Positions 14,601 through 30,700 of a stretch of 64,000 nucleotides of DNA are shown here, in pieces (position 1 is the stretch's first letter; each line of letters starts with the position of its first letter). The position numbers and the translations under genes were made by a program. The DNA is from Eledone cirrhosa. Lineage: Eukaryota. The stretch spans positions 868,001 through 932,000 of the forward strand of contig OZ024759.1 in the NCBI GenBank assembly GCA_964016885.1, read 5' to 3'. The notes beneath the pieces were generated by a model that was not told the origin of the DNA, made no database searches, and was given only the letters and a program-made list of their open reading frames with translations.

Positions 14601-17600
14601 CTATATTAGTAACATGGCAAAGTCTATATTAGTAACATGACAAAGTCTATATTAGTAACATGACAAGGTCTATATTAGTAACATGACACAGTCTATATTA
14701 GTAACATGACAAAGTCTATATTAGTAACATGACAGTCTATATTAGTAACATGCCAAAGTCTATATTAGTAGCATGACAAAGTCTATATTAGTAGCATGAC
14801 ACAGTCTATATTAGTAACATGACATAGTCTATATTAGTAACATGACACAGTCTATATTAGTAGCATGACAAAGTCTATATTAGTAACATGACAAAGTCTA
14901 TATTAGTAACATGAGAAAGTCTATATTAGTAACATGACACAGTCTATATTAGTAACATGACAAAGTCTATATTAGTAACATGACACAGTCTATATTAGTA
15001 ACATGACACAGTCTATATTAGTAACAGGACAAAGTCTATATTAGTAGCATGACAAAGTCTATATTAGTAACATGACAAAGTCTATATTAGTAACATGACA
15101 CAGTCTATATTAGTAACATGACAAAGTCTATATTAGTAACATGACGGTCAATATTAGTAACATGACAGTCTATATTAGTAGCATGACAAAGTCTATATTA
15201 GTAACATGACACAGTCTATATTAGTAACATGACACAGTCTATATTAGTAACATGACAAAGTCTATATTAGTAGCATGACAAAGTCTATATTAGTAACATG
15301 ACACAGTCTATATTAGTAACATGACAAAGTCTATATTAGTAGCATGACAAAGTCTATATTAGTAACATGACAAAGTCTATATTAGTAACATGACACAGTC
15401 TATATTAGTAATATGACAGTCTATATTAGTAACATGACAGTCCATATTAGTAGCATGACAAAGTCTATATTAGTAACATGACAAAGTCTATATTAGTAAC
15501 ATGACACAGTCTATATTAGTAACATGACACAGTCTATATTAGTAACATCATATAGTCTATATTAGTAACATGACAAAGTCTATATTAGTAACATGGCAAA
15601 GTCTATATTAGTAACATGACAAAGTCTATATTAGTAACATGACAAGGCCTATATTAGTAACATGACACAGTCTATATTAGTAACATGACAAAGTCTATAT
15701 TAGTAACATGACAGTCTATATTAGTAACATGACAAAGTCTATATTAGTAACATGACAGAGTCTATATTAGTAACATGACAGTCTATATTAGTAACATGAC
15801 AAAGTCTATATTAGTAACATGACACAGTCTATATTAGTAACATGACACAGTCTATATTAGTAACATGACACAGTTTATATTAGTAACATGACAAAGTCTA
15901 TATTAGTAACATGACAAAGTCTATATTAGTAACATGGCAGTCTATATTAGTTACATGACAAAGTCTATATTAGTAACATGACACAGTCTATATTAGTAAC
16001 ATGACAAAGACTCTATTAGTAACATGACAAAGTCTATATTAGTAACATGACAGTCTATATTAGTAACATGACAAAATCTATATTAGTAACATGACAGTCT
16101 ATATTAGTAACATGACAAAGTCTATATTAGTAACATGACAGTCTATATTGTACCATGACACAGTCTATATTAGTAACATGACACAGTCTATATTAGTAAC
16201 ATGACAAAGTCTATATTAGTAGCATGACAAAGTCTATATTAGTAGCATGACAAAGTCTATATTAGTAACATGACACAGTCTATATTAGTAACATGACAAA
16301 GTCTATATTAGTAGCATGACAAAGTCTATATTAGTAACATGACAAAGTCTATATTAGTAACATGACACAGTCTATATTAGTAATATGACAGTCTATATTA
16401 GTAACATGACAGTCCATATTAGTAGCATGACAAAGTCTATATTAGTAACATGACAAAGTCTATATTAGTAACATGACACAGTCTATATTAGTAACATGAC
16501 ACAGTCTATATTAGTAACATCATATAGTCTATATTAGTAACATGACAAAGTCTATATTAGTAACATGGCAAAGTCTATATTAGTAACATGACAAAGTCTA
16601 TATTAGTAACATGACAAGGCCTATATTAGTAACATGACACAGTCTATATTAGTAACATGACAAAGTCTATATTAGTAACATGACAGTCTATATTAGTAAC
16701 ATGACAAAGTCTATATTAGTAACATGACAGAGTCTATATTAGTAACATGACAGTCTATATTAGTAACATGACAAAGTCTATATTAGTAACATGACACAGT
16801 CTATATTAGTAACATGACACAGTCTATATTAGTAACATGACACAGTTTATATTACTAACATGACAAAGTCTATATTAGTAACATGACAAAGTCTATATTA
16901 GTAACATGGCAGTCTATATTAGTTACATGACAAAGTCTATATTAGTAACATGACACAGTCTATATTAGTAACATGACAAAGACTCTATTAGTAACATGAC
17001 AAAGTCTATATTAGTAACATGACAGTCTATATTAGTAACATGACAAAATCTATATTAGTAACATGACAGTCTATATTAGTAACATGACAAAGTCTATATT
17101 AGTAACATGACAGTCTATATTGTACCATGACACAGTCTATATTAGTAACATGACATAGTCTATATTAGTAACATGACAAAGTCTATATTAGTAACATGAC
17201 AGTCTATATTGTAACATGACACAGTCTATATTAGTAACATGACACAGTCTATATTAGTAACATGACAGTCTATATTAGTAACATGACAAAGTCTATATTA
17301 GTAACATGACAAAGTCTATATTAGTAACATGACAAAGTATATATTAGTAGCATGACACAGTCTATATTAGTAACATGACAAAGTCTATATTAGTAACATG
17401 ACACAGTCTATATTAGTAACATGACAAAGTCTATATTAGTAACATGACACAGTCTATATTAGTAACATGACAAAGTCTATATTAGTAACATGACAAAGTA
17501 TATATTAGTAGCATGACAAAGTCTATATTAGTAACATGACACAGTCTATATTAGTAACATGACATAGTCTATATTAGTAACATGACAAAGTCTATATTAG

Positions 17601-20080
17601 TAGCATGACAAAGACTATATTAGTAACATGACAGTCTATATTAGTAACATGCCAAAGTCTATATTAGTAGCATGACAAAGTCTATATTAGTAGCATGACA
17701 CAGTCTATATTAGTAACATGACACAGTCTATATTAGTAACATGACACAGTCTATATTAGTAGCATGACAAAGTCTATATTAGTAACATGACAAAGTCTAT
17801 ATTAGTAACATGACACAGTCTATATTAGTAACATGACAAAGTCTATATTAGTAACATGACAAAGTCTATATTAGTAACATGACACAGTGTATATTAGTAA
17901 TATGACACAGTCTATATTAGTAACATGACAAAGTCTATATTAGTAACATGACAAAGTCTATATTAGTAACATGACACAGTCTATATTAGTAACATGACAC
18001 AGTCTATATTAGTAACATGACACAGTCTATATTAGTAACATGACAAAGTCTATATTAGTAACATGGCAAAGTCTATATTAGTAACATGACAAAGTCTATA
18101 TTAGTAACATGACAAGGTCTATATTAGTAACATGACACAGTCTATATTAGTAACATGACAAAGTCTATATTAGTAACATGACAGTCTATATTAGTAACAT
18201 GCCAAAGTCTATATTAGTAGCATGACAAAGTCTATATTAGTAGCATGACACAGTCTATATTAGTAACATGACATAGTCTATATTAGTAACATGACACAGT
18301 CTATATTAGTAGCATGACAAAGTCTATATTAGTAACATGACAAAGTCTATATTAGTAACATGAGAAAGTCTATATTAGTAACATGACACAGTCTATATTA
18401 GTAACATGACAAAGTCTATATTAGTAACATGACACAGTCTATATTAGTAACATGACACAGTCTATATTAGTAACAGGACAAAGTCTATATTAGTAGCATG
18501 ACAAAGTCTATATTAGTAACATGACAAAGTCTATATTAGTAACATGACACAGTCTATATTAGTAACATGACAAAGTCTATATTAGTAACATGACGGTCAA
18601 TATTAGTAACATGACAGTCTATATTAGTAGCATGACAAAGTCTATATTAGTAACATGACACAGTCTATATTAGTAACATGACACAGTCTATATTAGTAAC
18701 ATGACAAAGTCTATATTAGTAGCATGACAAAGTCTATATTAGTAACATGACACAGTCTATATTAGTAACATGACAAAGTCTATATTAGTAGCATGACAAA
18801 GTCTATATTAGTAACATGACAAAGTCTATATTAGTAACATGACACAGTCTATATTAGTAATATGACAGTCTATATTAGTAACATGACAGTCCATATTAGT
18901 AGCATGACAAAGTCTATATTAGTAACATGACAAAGTCTATATTAGTAACATGACACAGTCTATATTAGTAACATGACACAGTCTATATTAGTAACATCAT
19001 ATAGTCTATATTAGTAACATGACAAAGTCTATATTAGTAACATGGCAAAGTCTATATTAGTAACATGACAAAGTCTATATTAGTAACATGACAAGGCCTA
19101 TATTAGTAACATGACACAGTCTATATTAGTAACATGACAAAGTCTATATTAGTAACATGACAGTCTATATTAGTAACATGACAAAGTCTATATTAGTAAC
19201 ATGACAGAGTCTATATTAGTAACATGACAGTCTATATTAGTAACATGACAAAGTCTATATTAGTAACATGACACAGTCTATATTAGTAACATGACACAGT
19301 CTATATTAGTAACATGACACAGTTTATATTAGTAACATGACAAAGTCTATATTAGTAACATGACAAAGTCTATATTAGTAACATGGCAGTCTATATTAGT
19401 TACATGACAAAGTCTATATTAGTAACATGACACAGTCTATATTAGTAACATGACAAAGACTCTATTAGTAACATGACAAAGTCTATATTAGTAACATGAC
19501 AGTCTATATTAGTAACATGACAAAATCTATATTAGTAACATGACAGTCTATATTAGTAACATGACAAAGTCTATATTAGTAACATGACAGTCTATATTGT
19601 ACCATGACACAGTCTATATTAGTAACATGACATAGTCTATATTAGTAACATGACAAAGTCTATATTAGTAACATGACAGTCTATATTGTAACATGACACA
19701 GTCTATATTAGTAACATGACACAGTCTATATTAGTAACATGACAGTCTATATTAGTAACATGACAAAGTCTATATTAGTAACATGACAAAGTCTATATTA
19801 GTAACATGACAAAGTATATATTAGTAGCATGACACAGTCTATATTAGTAACATGACAAAGTCTATATTAGTAACATGACACAGTCTATATTAGTAACATG
19901 ACAAAGTCTATATTAGTAACATGACACAGTCTATATTAGTAACATGACAAAGTCTATATTAGTAACATGACAAAGTATATATTAGTAGCATGACAAAGTC
20001 TATATTAGTAACATGACACAGTCTATATTAGTAACATGACATAGTCTATATTAGTAACATGACAAAGTCTATATTAGTAG
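11650..20080. repeat. Higher-order repeat, period 2,477 bp, with an internal 972-bp partial re-duplication (~3.4 copies)
   Basis: CATGAGAAAG at 12433/14910/18359 (offsets 2,477 and 3,449 = 2,477+972). CATCATATAG at 13069/15546/16518/18995 (2,477, 972, 2,477). GACTATA at 11687/14164/17613. Confidence 0.88.
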
Positions 20081-23000
20081 CATGACACAGTCTAAATTAG
20101 TAACATGACACAGTCTATATTAGTAACATGACAGTCTATATTAGTAACATGACACAGTCTATATTAGTAACATGACAAAGTCTATATTAGTAGTATGACA
20201 AAGACTATATTAGTAACATGACAGTCTATATTAGTAACATGACAAAGTCTATATTAGTAGCATGACAAAGTCTATATTAGTAGCATGACACAGTCTATAT
20301 TAGTAACATGACACAGTCTATATTAGTAACATGACACAGTCTATATTAGTAACATGACAAAGTCTATATTAGTAGCATGACAAAGTCTATATTAGTAACA
20401 TGACAAAGTCTATATTAGTAACATGACACAGTCTATATTAGTAACATGACAAAGTCTATATTAGTAACATGACAAAGTCTATATTAGTAACATGACAGTC
20501 TATATTAGTAACATGACAAAGTCTATATTAGTAACATGACAAAGTCTCTATTAGTAACATGACAAAGTCTATATTAGTAACATGACAGTCTATATTAGTA
20601 ACATGACAAAGTCTCTATTAGTAACATGACAAAGTCTATATTAGTAACATGACAGTCTATATTAGTAACATGACAAAGTCTATATTAGTAACATGACAGT
20701 CTATATTGTAACATGACACAGTCTATATTAGTAACATGACACAGTTTATATTAGTAACATGACATAGTCTATATTAGTAACATGACAAAGTCTATATTAG
20801 TAACATGACAGTCTATATTGTAACATGACACAGTCTATATTAGTAACATGACACAGTCTATATTAGTAACATGACAGTCTATATTAGTAACATGACAAAG
20901 TCTATATTAGTAACATGACAAGGTCTATATTAGTAACATGACAAAGTCTATATTAGTAACATGACAAAGTCTATATTAGTAACATGACAGTCTATATTGT
21001 AACATGACACAGTCTCTATTAGTAACATGACACAGTCTATATTAGTAACATGACAGTCTATAGTAGTAACATGACAAAGTCTATATTAGTAACATGACGG
21101 TCTATATTAGTAACATGACAGTCTATATTAGTAGCATGACAAAGTCTATATTAGTAACATGACACAGTCTATATTAGTAACATGACACAGTCTATATTAG
21201 TAACATGACACAGTCTATATTAGTAACATGACAAAGTCTATATTAGTAGCATGACAAAGTCTATATTAGTAACATGACACAGTCTATATTAGTAACATGA
21301 CACAGTCTATATTAGTAACATGACACAGTCTATATTAGTAACATGACAAAGTCTATATTAGTAACATGACACAGTCTATATTAGTAACATGACAAAGTCT
21401 ATATTAGTAACATGACAGTCTATATTAGTAACATGACAGTCTATATTAGTAGCATGACAAAGTCTATATTAGTAACATGACAAAGTCTATATTAGTAACA
21501 TGACACAGTCTATATTAGTAACATGACACAGTCTATATTAGTAACATGACAGTCTATATTAGTAGCATGAGAAAGTCTATATTAGTAACATGACACAGTC
21601 TATATTAGTAACATGACAAAGTCTATATTAGTAACATGACAGTCTATATTAGTAACATGACACAGTCTATATTAGTAACATGACACAGTCTATATTAGTA
21701 ACATGACAAAGTCTATATTAGTAACATGACAAAGTCTATATTAGTAACATGACAGTCTATATTAGTAACATGACAAAGTCTATATTAGTAACATGACACA
21801 GTCTATATTAGTAACATGACAAAGTCTCTATTAATAACATGACAAAGTCTATATTAGTAACATGACAGTCTATATTAGTAACATGACAAAGTCTCTATTA
21901 GTAACATGGCAAAGTCTATATTAGTAACATGACAGTCTATATTAGTAACATGACAAAGTCTATATTAGTAACATGACAGTCTATATTGTAACATGACACA
22001 GTCTATATTAGTAACATGACACAGTCTATATTAGTAACATGACAGTCTATATTAGTAACATGACAAAGTCTATATTAGTAACATGACAAAGTCTATATTA
22101 GTAACATGACACAGTCTATATTAGTAGCATGACACAGTCTATATTAGTAACATGACAAAGTCTATATTAGTAACATGACACAGTCTATATTAGTAACATG
22201 ACAAAGTCTATATTAGTAACATGACACAGTCTATATTAGTAACATGACATAGTCTATATTAGTAACATGACAAAGTCTATATTAGTAACATGACAGTCTA
22301 TATTAGTAACATGACAAAGTCTATATTAGTAGCATGACAAAGTCTATATTAGTAACATGACACAGTCTATATTAGTAACGTGACAATCTATATTAGTAAC
22401 ATGACACAGTCTATATTAGTAACATGACAAAGTCTATATTAGTAGCATGACAAAGTCTATATTAGTAACATGACAGTCTATATTAGTAGCATGACAAAGT
22501 CTATATTAGTTGCATGACAAGGTCTATATTAGTAGCATGACACAGTCTATATTAGTAACATGACACAGTCTATATTAGTAACATGACAAAGTGTATATTA
22601 GTAACATGACACAGTGTATATTAGTAATATGACAGTCTATATTAGTAGCATGACAAAGTCTATATTAGTAACATGACAAAGTCTATATTAGTAACATGAC
22701 ACAGTCTATATTAGTAACATGACACAGTCTATATTACTAACATGACACAGTCTATATTAGTAACATGACAAAGTCTATATTAGTAACATGGCAAAGTCTA
22801 TATTAGAAACATGACAAAGTCTATATTAGTAACATGACAAGGTCTATATTAGTAACATGACACAGTCTATATTAGTAACATGACAAAGTCTATATTAGTA
22901 ACATGACACAGTCTATATTAGTAACATGCCAAAGTCTATATTAGTAGCATGACAAAGTCTATATTAGTAGCATGACACAGTCTATATTAGTAACATGACA

Positions 23001-26000
23001 CAGTCTATATTAGTAACATGACACAGTCTATATTAGTAGCATGACAAAGTCTATATTAGTAACATGACAAAGTCTATATTAGTAACATGAGAAAGTCTAT
23101 ATTAGTAACATGACACAGTCTATATTAGTAACATGACAAAGTCTATATTAGTAACATGACACAGTCTATATTAGTAACATGACACAGTCTATATTAGTAA
23201 CATGACAAAGTCTATATTAGTAGCATGACCAAGTCTATATTAGTAACATGACAAAGTCTATATTAGTAACATGACACAGTCTATATTAGTAACATGACAA
23301 AGTCTATATTAGTAACATGACGGTCTATATTAGTAACATGACAGTCTATATTAGTAGCATGACAAAGTCTATATTAGTAACATGACACAGTCTATATTAG
23401 TAACATGACACAGTCTATATTAGTAACATGACACAGTCTATATTAGTAACATGACAAAGTCTATATTAGTAGCATGACAAAGTCTATATTAGTAACATGA
23501 CACAGTCTATATTAGTAACATGACACAGTCTATATTAGTAACATGACATAGTCTATATTAGTAACATGACAAAGTCTATATTAGTAACATGACAGTCTAT
23601 ATTGTAACATGACACAGTCTATATTAGTAACATGACACAGTCTATATTAGTAACATGACAGTCTATATTAGTAACATGACAAAGTCTATATTAGTAACAT
23701 GACAAGGTCTATATTAGTAACATGACAAAGTCTATATTAGTAACATGACAAAGTCTATATTAGTAACATGACAGTCTATATTGTAACATGACACAGTCTC
23801 TATTAGTAACATGACACAGTCTATATTAGTAACATGACAGTCTATATTAGTAACATGACAAAGTCTATATTAGTAACATGACGGTCTATATTAGTAACAT
23901 GACAGTCTATATTAGTAGCATGACAAAGTCTATATTAGTAACATGACACAGTCTATATTAGTAACATGACACAGTCTATATTAGTAACATGACACAGTCT
24001 ATATTAGTAACATGACAAAGTCTATATTAGTAGCATGACAAAGTCTATATTAGTAACATGACACAGTCTATATTAGTAACATGACACAGTCTATATTAGT
24101 AACATGACACAGTCTATATTAGTAACATGACAAAGTCTATATTAGTAACATGACACAGTCTATATTAGTAACATGACAAAGTCTATATTAGTAACATGAC
24201 AGTCTATATTAGTAACATGACAGTCTATATTAGTAGCATGACAAAGTCTATATTAGTAACATGACAAAGTCTATATTAGTAACATGACACAGTCTATATT
24301 AGTAACATGACACAGTCTATATTAGTAACATGACAGTCTATATTAGTAGCATGACAAAGTCTATATTAGTAACATGACACAGTCTATATTAGTAACATGA
24401 CAAAGTCTATATTAGTAACATGACAGTCTATATTAGTAACATGACACAGTCTATATTAGTAACATGACACAGTCTATATTAGTAACATGACAAAGTCTAT
24501 ATTAGTAACATGACAAAGTCTATATTAGTAACATGACAGTCTATATTAGTAACATGACAAAGTCTATATTAGTAACATGACACAGTCTATATTAGTAACA
24601 TGACAAAGTCTCTATTAATAACATGACAAAGTCTATATTAGTAACATGACAGTCTATATTAGTAACATGACAAAGTCTCTATTAGTAACATGGCAAAGTC
24701 TATATTAGTAACATGACAGTCTATATTAGTAACATGACAAAGTCTATATTAGTAACATGACAGTCTATATTGTAACATGACACAGTCTATATTAGTAACA
24801 TGACACAGTCTATATTAGTAACATGACAGTCTATATTAGTAACATGACAAAGTCTATATTAGTAACATGACAAAGTCTATATTAGTAACATGACACAGTC
24901 TATATTAGTAGCATGACACAGTCTATATTAGTAACATGACAAAGTCTATATTAGTAACATGACACAGTCTATATTAGTAACATGACAAAGTCTATATTAG
25001 TAACATGACACAGTCTATATTAGTAACATGACATAGTCTATATTAGTAACATGACAAAGTCTATATTAGTAACATGACAGTCTATATTAGTAACATGACA
25101 AAGTCTATATTAGTAGCATGACAAAGTCTATATTAGTAACATGACACAGTCTATATTAGTAACGTGACAATCTATATTAGTAACATGACACAGACTATAT
25201 TAGTAACATGACAAAGTCTATATTAGTAGCATGACAAAGTCTATATTAGTAACATGACAGTCTATATTAGTAGCATGACAAAGTCTATATTAGTTGCATG
25301 ACAAGGTCTATATTAGTAGCATGACACAGTCTATATTAGTAACATGACACAGTCTATATTAGTAACATGACAAAGTGTATATTAGTAACATGACACAGTG
25401 TATATTAGTAATATGACAGTCTATATTAGTAGCATGACAAAGTCTATATTAGTAACATGACAAAGTCTATATTAGTAACATGACACAGTCTATATTAGTA
25501 ACATGACACAGTCTATATTAGTAACATGACACAGTCTATATTAGTAACATGACAAAGTCTATATTAGTAACATGGCAAAGTCTATATTAGTAACATGACA
25601 AAGTCTATATTAGTAACATGACAAGGTCTATATTAGTAACATGACACAGTCTATATTAGTAACATGACAAAGTCTATATTAGTAACATGACACAGTCTAT
25701 ATTAGTAACATGCCAAAGTCTATATTAGTAGCATGACAAAGTCTATATTAGTAGCATGACACAGTCTATATTAGTAACATGACACAGTCTATATTAGTAA
25801 CATGACACAGTCTATATTAGTAGCATGACAAAGTCTATATTAGTAACATGACAAAGTCTATATTAGTAACATGAGAAAGTCTATATTAGTAACATGACAC
25901 AGTCTATATTAGTAACATGACAAAGTCTATATTAGTAACATGACACAGTCTATATTAGTAACATGACACAGTCTATATTAGTAACATGACAAAGTCTATA

Positions 26001-27700
26001 TTAGTAGCATGACCAAGTCTATATTAGTAACATGACAAAGTCTATATTAGTAACATGACACAGTCTATATTAGTAACATGACAAAGTCTATATTAGTAAC
26101 ATGACGGTCTATATTAGTAACATGACAGTCTATATTAGTAGCATGACAAAGTCTATATTAGTAACATGACACAGTCTATATTAGTAACATGACACAGTCT
26201 ATATTAGTAACATGACACAGTCTATATTAGTAACATGACAAAGTCTATATTAGTAGCATGACAAAGTCTATATTAGTAACATGACACAGTCTATATTAGT
26301 AACATGACACAGTCTATATTAGTAACATGACATAGTCTATATTAGTAACATGACAAAGTCTATATTAGTAGCATGACACAGTCTAAATTAGTAACATGAC
26401 ACAGTCTATATTAGTAACATGACAGTCTATATTAGTAACATGACACAGTCTATATTAGTAACATGACAAAGTCTATATTAGTAGTATGACAAAGTCTATA
26501 TTAGTAACATGACAGTCTATATTAGTAACATGACAAAGTCTATATTAGTAGCATGACAAAGTCTATATTAGTAGCATGATACAGTCTATATTAGTAACAT
26601 GACACAGTCTATATTAGTAACATGACAGAGTCTATATTAGTAACATGACAAAGTCTATATTAGTAGCATAACAAAGTCTATATTAGTAACATGACAAAGT
26701 CTATATTAGTAACATGACACAGTCTATATTAGTAACATGACAAAGTCTATATTAGTAACATGACAGTCTATATTAGTAACATGACACAGTCTATATTAGT
26801 AACATGACAAAGTCTATATTAGTAACATGACAGTCTATATTAGTAACATGACACAGTCTATATTAGTAACATGACAAAGTCTATATTAGTAACATGACAC
26901 AGTCTATATTAGTAACATGACACAGTTTATATTAGTAACATGACAAAGTCTATATTATTAACATGACAAAGTCTATATTAGTAACATGGCAGTCTATATT
27001 AGTAACATGACAAAGTCTATATTAGTAACATGACACAGCCTATATTAGTAACATGACAAAGACTCTATTAGTAACATGACAAAGTCTATATTAGTAACAT
27101 GACAGTCTATATTAGTAACATGACAAAATCTATATTAGTAACATGACAGTCTATATTAGTAACATGACAAAGTCTATATTAGTAACATGACAGTCTATAT
27201 CGTACCATGACACAGTCTATATTAGTAACATGACATAGTCTATATTAGTAACATGACAAAGTCTATATTAGTAACATGACAGTCTATATTGTAACATGAC
27301 ACAGTCTATATTAGTAACATGACACAGTCTATATTAGTAACATGACAGTCTATATTAGTAACATGACACGGTCTATATTAGTAACATGACACAGTCTATA
27401 TTAGTAACATGACAGTCTATATTAGTAGCATGGCAATGTCTATATTAGTAACATGACACAGTCTATATTAGTAACAAGACATAGTCTATATTAGTAACAT
27501 GACATAGTCTATATTAGTAGCATGACAAAGTCTATATTAGTAACATGACACAGTCTATCTTAGTAACATGACAAAGTCTATATTAGTAACATGACACAGT
27601 CTATATTAGTAACATGACAAAGTCTATATTAGTAGCATGACAAAGTCTATATTAGTAACATGACACAGTCTATATTAGTAACATGACAAAGTCTATATTA
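17690..27700. repeat. Copy A of a ~10-kb segmental duplication within the array (offset 15,648 bp)
   Basis: Markers at 17887/33535, 18359/34007, 18995/34643, 22379/38027, 22733/38381, 25870/41518, 27201/42849 and 27553/43201 all differ by 15,648. Confidence 0.9.
20730..26350. repeat. Tandem block duplication, period 2,784 bp (2 copies)
   Basis: AACGTGACAATC (C at 22379/25163) and CATGAGAAAG (23086/25870) recur at 2,784 bp. GTTGCATG and the GTGTAT pair also recur in both copies. Confidence 0.88.
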
Positions 27701-30700
27701 GTAACATGACAAAGTCTATATTAGTAACATGACAAAGTCTATATTAGTAACATGACTAAGTCTATATTAGTAACATGACACAGTCTATATTAGTAACATG
27801 ACAGTCTATATTAGTAGCATGACAAAGTCTATATTAGTAACATGACAAAGTCTATATTAGTAACATGACACAGTCTATATTAGTAACATGACACAGTCTA
27901 TATTAGTAACATGACAGTCTATATTAGTAACATGACAAAGTCTATATTAGTAACATGGCAAAGTCTATGTTAGTAACATGACAAAGTCTATATTAGTAGC
28001 ATGACAGTCTATATTAGTAACATGACACATTCTATATTAGTAACATGACAAAGTCTATATTAGTAGCATGACAAAGTCTATATTAGTAACATGACAGTCT
28101 ATATTAGTAACATGCCAAAGTCTATATTAGTAGCATGACAAAGTCTATATTAGTAACATGACAAAGTCTATATTAGTAGCATGACAAAGTCTATATTAGT
28201 AGCATGATACAGTCTATATTAGTAACATGACACAGTCTATATTAGTAACATGACACAGTCTATATTAGTAACATGACAAAGTCTATATTAGTAGCATAAC
28301 AAAGTCTATATTAGTAACCTGACAAAGTCTATATTAGTAACATGACACAGTCTATATTAGTAACATGACAAAGTCTATATTAGTAACATGACAGTCTATA
28401 TTAGTAACATGACACAGTCTATATTAGTAACATGACAAAGTCTATATTAGTAACATGACACAGTCTATATTAGTAACATGACAGTTTATATTAGTAACAT
28501 GACAAAGTCTATATTATTAACATGGCAAAGTCTATATTAGTAACATGGCAGTCTATATTAGTAACATGACAAAGTCTATATTAGTAACATGACACAGTCT
28601 ATATTAGTAACATGACAAAGACTCTATTAGTAACATGACAAAGTCTATATTAGTAACATGACAGTCTATATTAGTAACATGACAAAATCTATATTAGTAA
28701 CATGACAGTCTATATTAGTAACATGACAAAGTCTATATTAGTAACATGACAGTCTATATTAGTAACATGACACATTCTATATTAGTAACATGACAAAGTC
28801 TATATTAGTAGCATGACAAAGACTATATTAGTAACATGACAGTCTATATTAGTAACATGCCAAAGTCTATATTAGTAGCATGACAAAGTCTATATTAGTA
28901 ACATGACACAGTCTATATTAGTAACATGACACAGTCTATATTAGTAACATGACACAGTCTATATTAGTAACATGACAAAGTCTATATTAGTAACATGGCA
29001 AAGTCTATATTAGTAACATGACAAAGTCTATATTAGTAACATGACAAGGTCTATATTAGTAACATGACACAGTCTATATTAGTAACATGACAAAGTCTAT
29101 ATTAGTAACATGACAGTCTATATTAGTAACATGCCAAAGTCTATATTAGTAGCATGACAAAGTCTATATTAGTAGCATGACACAGTCTATATTAGTAACA
29201 TGCCATAGTCTATATTAGTAACATGACACAGTCTATATTAGTAGCATGACAAAGTCTATATTAGTAACATGACAAAGTCTATATTAGTAACATGAGAAAG
29301 TCTATATTAGTAACATGACACAGTCTATATTAGTAACATGACAAAGTCTATATTAGTAACATGACACAGTCTATATTAGTAACATGACACAGTCTATATT
29401 AGTAACAGGACAAAGTCTATATTAGTAGCATGACAAAGTCTATATTAGTAACATGACAAAGTCTATATTAGTAACATGACACAGTCTATATTAGTAACAT
29501 GACAAAGTCTATATTAGTAACATGACGGTCAATATTAGTAACATGACAGTCTATATTAGTAGCATGACAAAGTCTATATTAGTAACATGACACAGTCTAT
29601 ATTAGTAACATGACACAGTCTATATTAGTAACATGACAAAGTCTATATTAGTAGCATGACAAAGTCTATATTAGTAACATGACACAGTCTATATTAGTAA
29701 CATGACAAAGTCTATATTAGTAGCATGACAAAGTCTATATTAGTAACATGACAAAGTCTATATTAGTAACATGACACAGTCTATATTAGTAATATGACAG
29801 TCTATATTAGTAACATGACAGTCCATATTAGTAGCATGACAAAGTCTATATTAGTAACATGACAAAGTCTATATTAGTAACATGACACAGTCTATATTAG
29901 TAACATGACACAGTCTATATTAGTAACATCATATAGTCTATATTAGTAACATGACAAAGTCTATATTAGTAACATGGCAAAGTCTATATTAGTAACATGA
30001 CAAAGTCTATATTAGTAACATGACAAGGCCTATATTAGTAACATGACACAGTCTATATTAGTAACATGACAAAGTCTATATTAGTAACATGACAGTCTAT
30101 ATTAGTAACATGACAAAGTCTATATTAGTAACATGACAGAGTCTATATTAGTAACATGACAGTCTATATTAGTAACATGACAAAGTCTATATTAGTAACA
30201 TGACACAGTCTATATTAGTAACATGACACAGTCTATATTAGTAACATGACACAGTTTATATTAGTAACATGACAAAGTCTATATTAGTAACATGACAAAG
30301 TCTATATTAGTAACATGGCAGTCTATATTAGTTACATGACAAAGTCTATATTAGTAACATGACACAGTCTATATTAGTAACATGACAAAGACTCTATTAG
30401 TAACATGACAAAGTCTATATTAGTAACATGACAGTCTATATTAGTAACATGACAAAATCTATATTAGTAACATGACAGTCTATATTAGTAACATGACAAA
30501 GTCTATATTAGTAACATGACAGTCTATATTGTACCATGACACAGTCTATATTAGTAACATGACATAGTCTATATTAGTAACATGACAAAGTCTATATTAG
30601 TAACATGACAGTCTATATTGTAACATGACACAGTCTATATTAGTAACATGACACAGTCTATATTAGTAACATGACAGTCTATATTAGTAACATGACAAAG

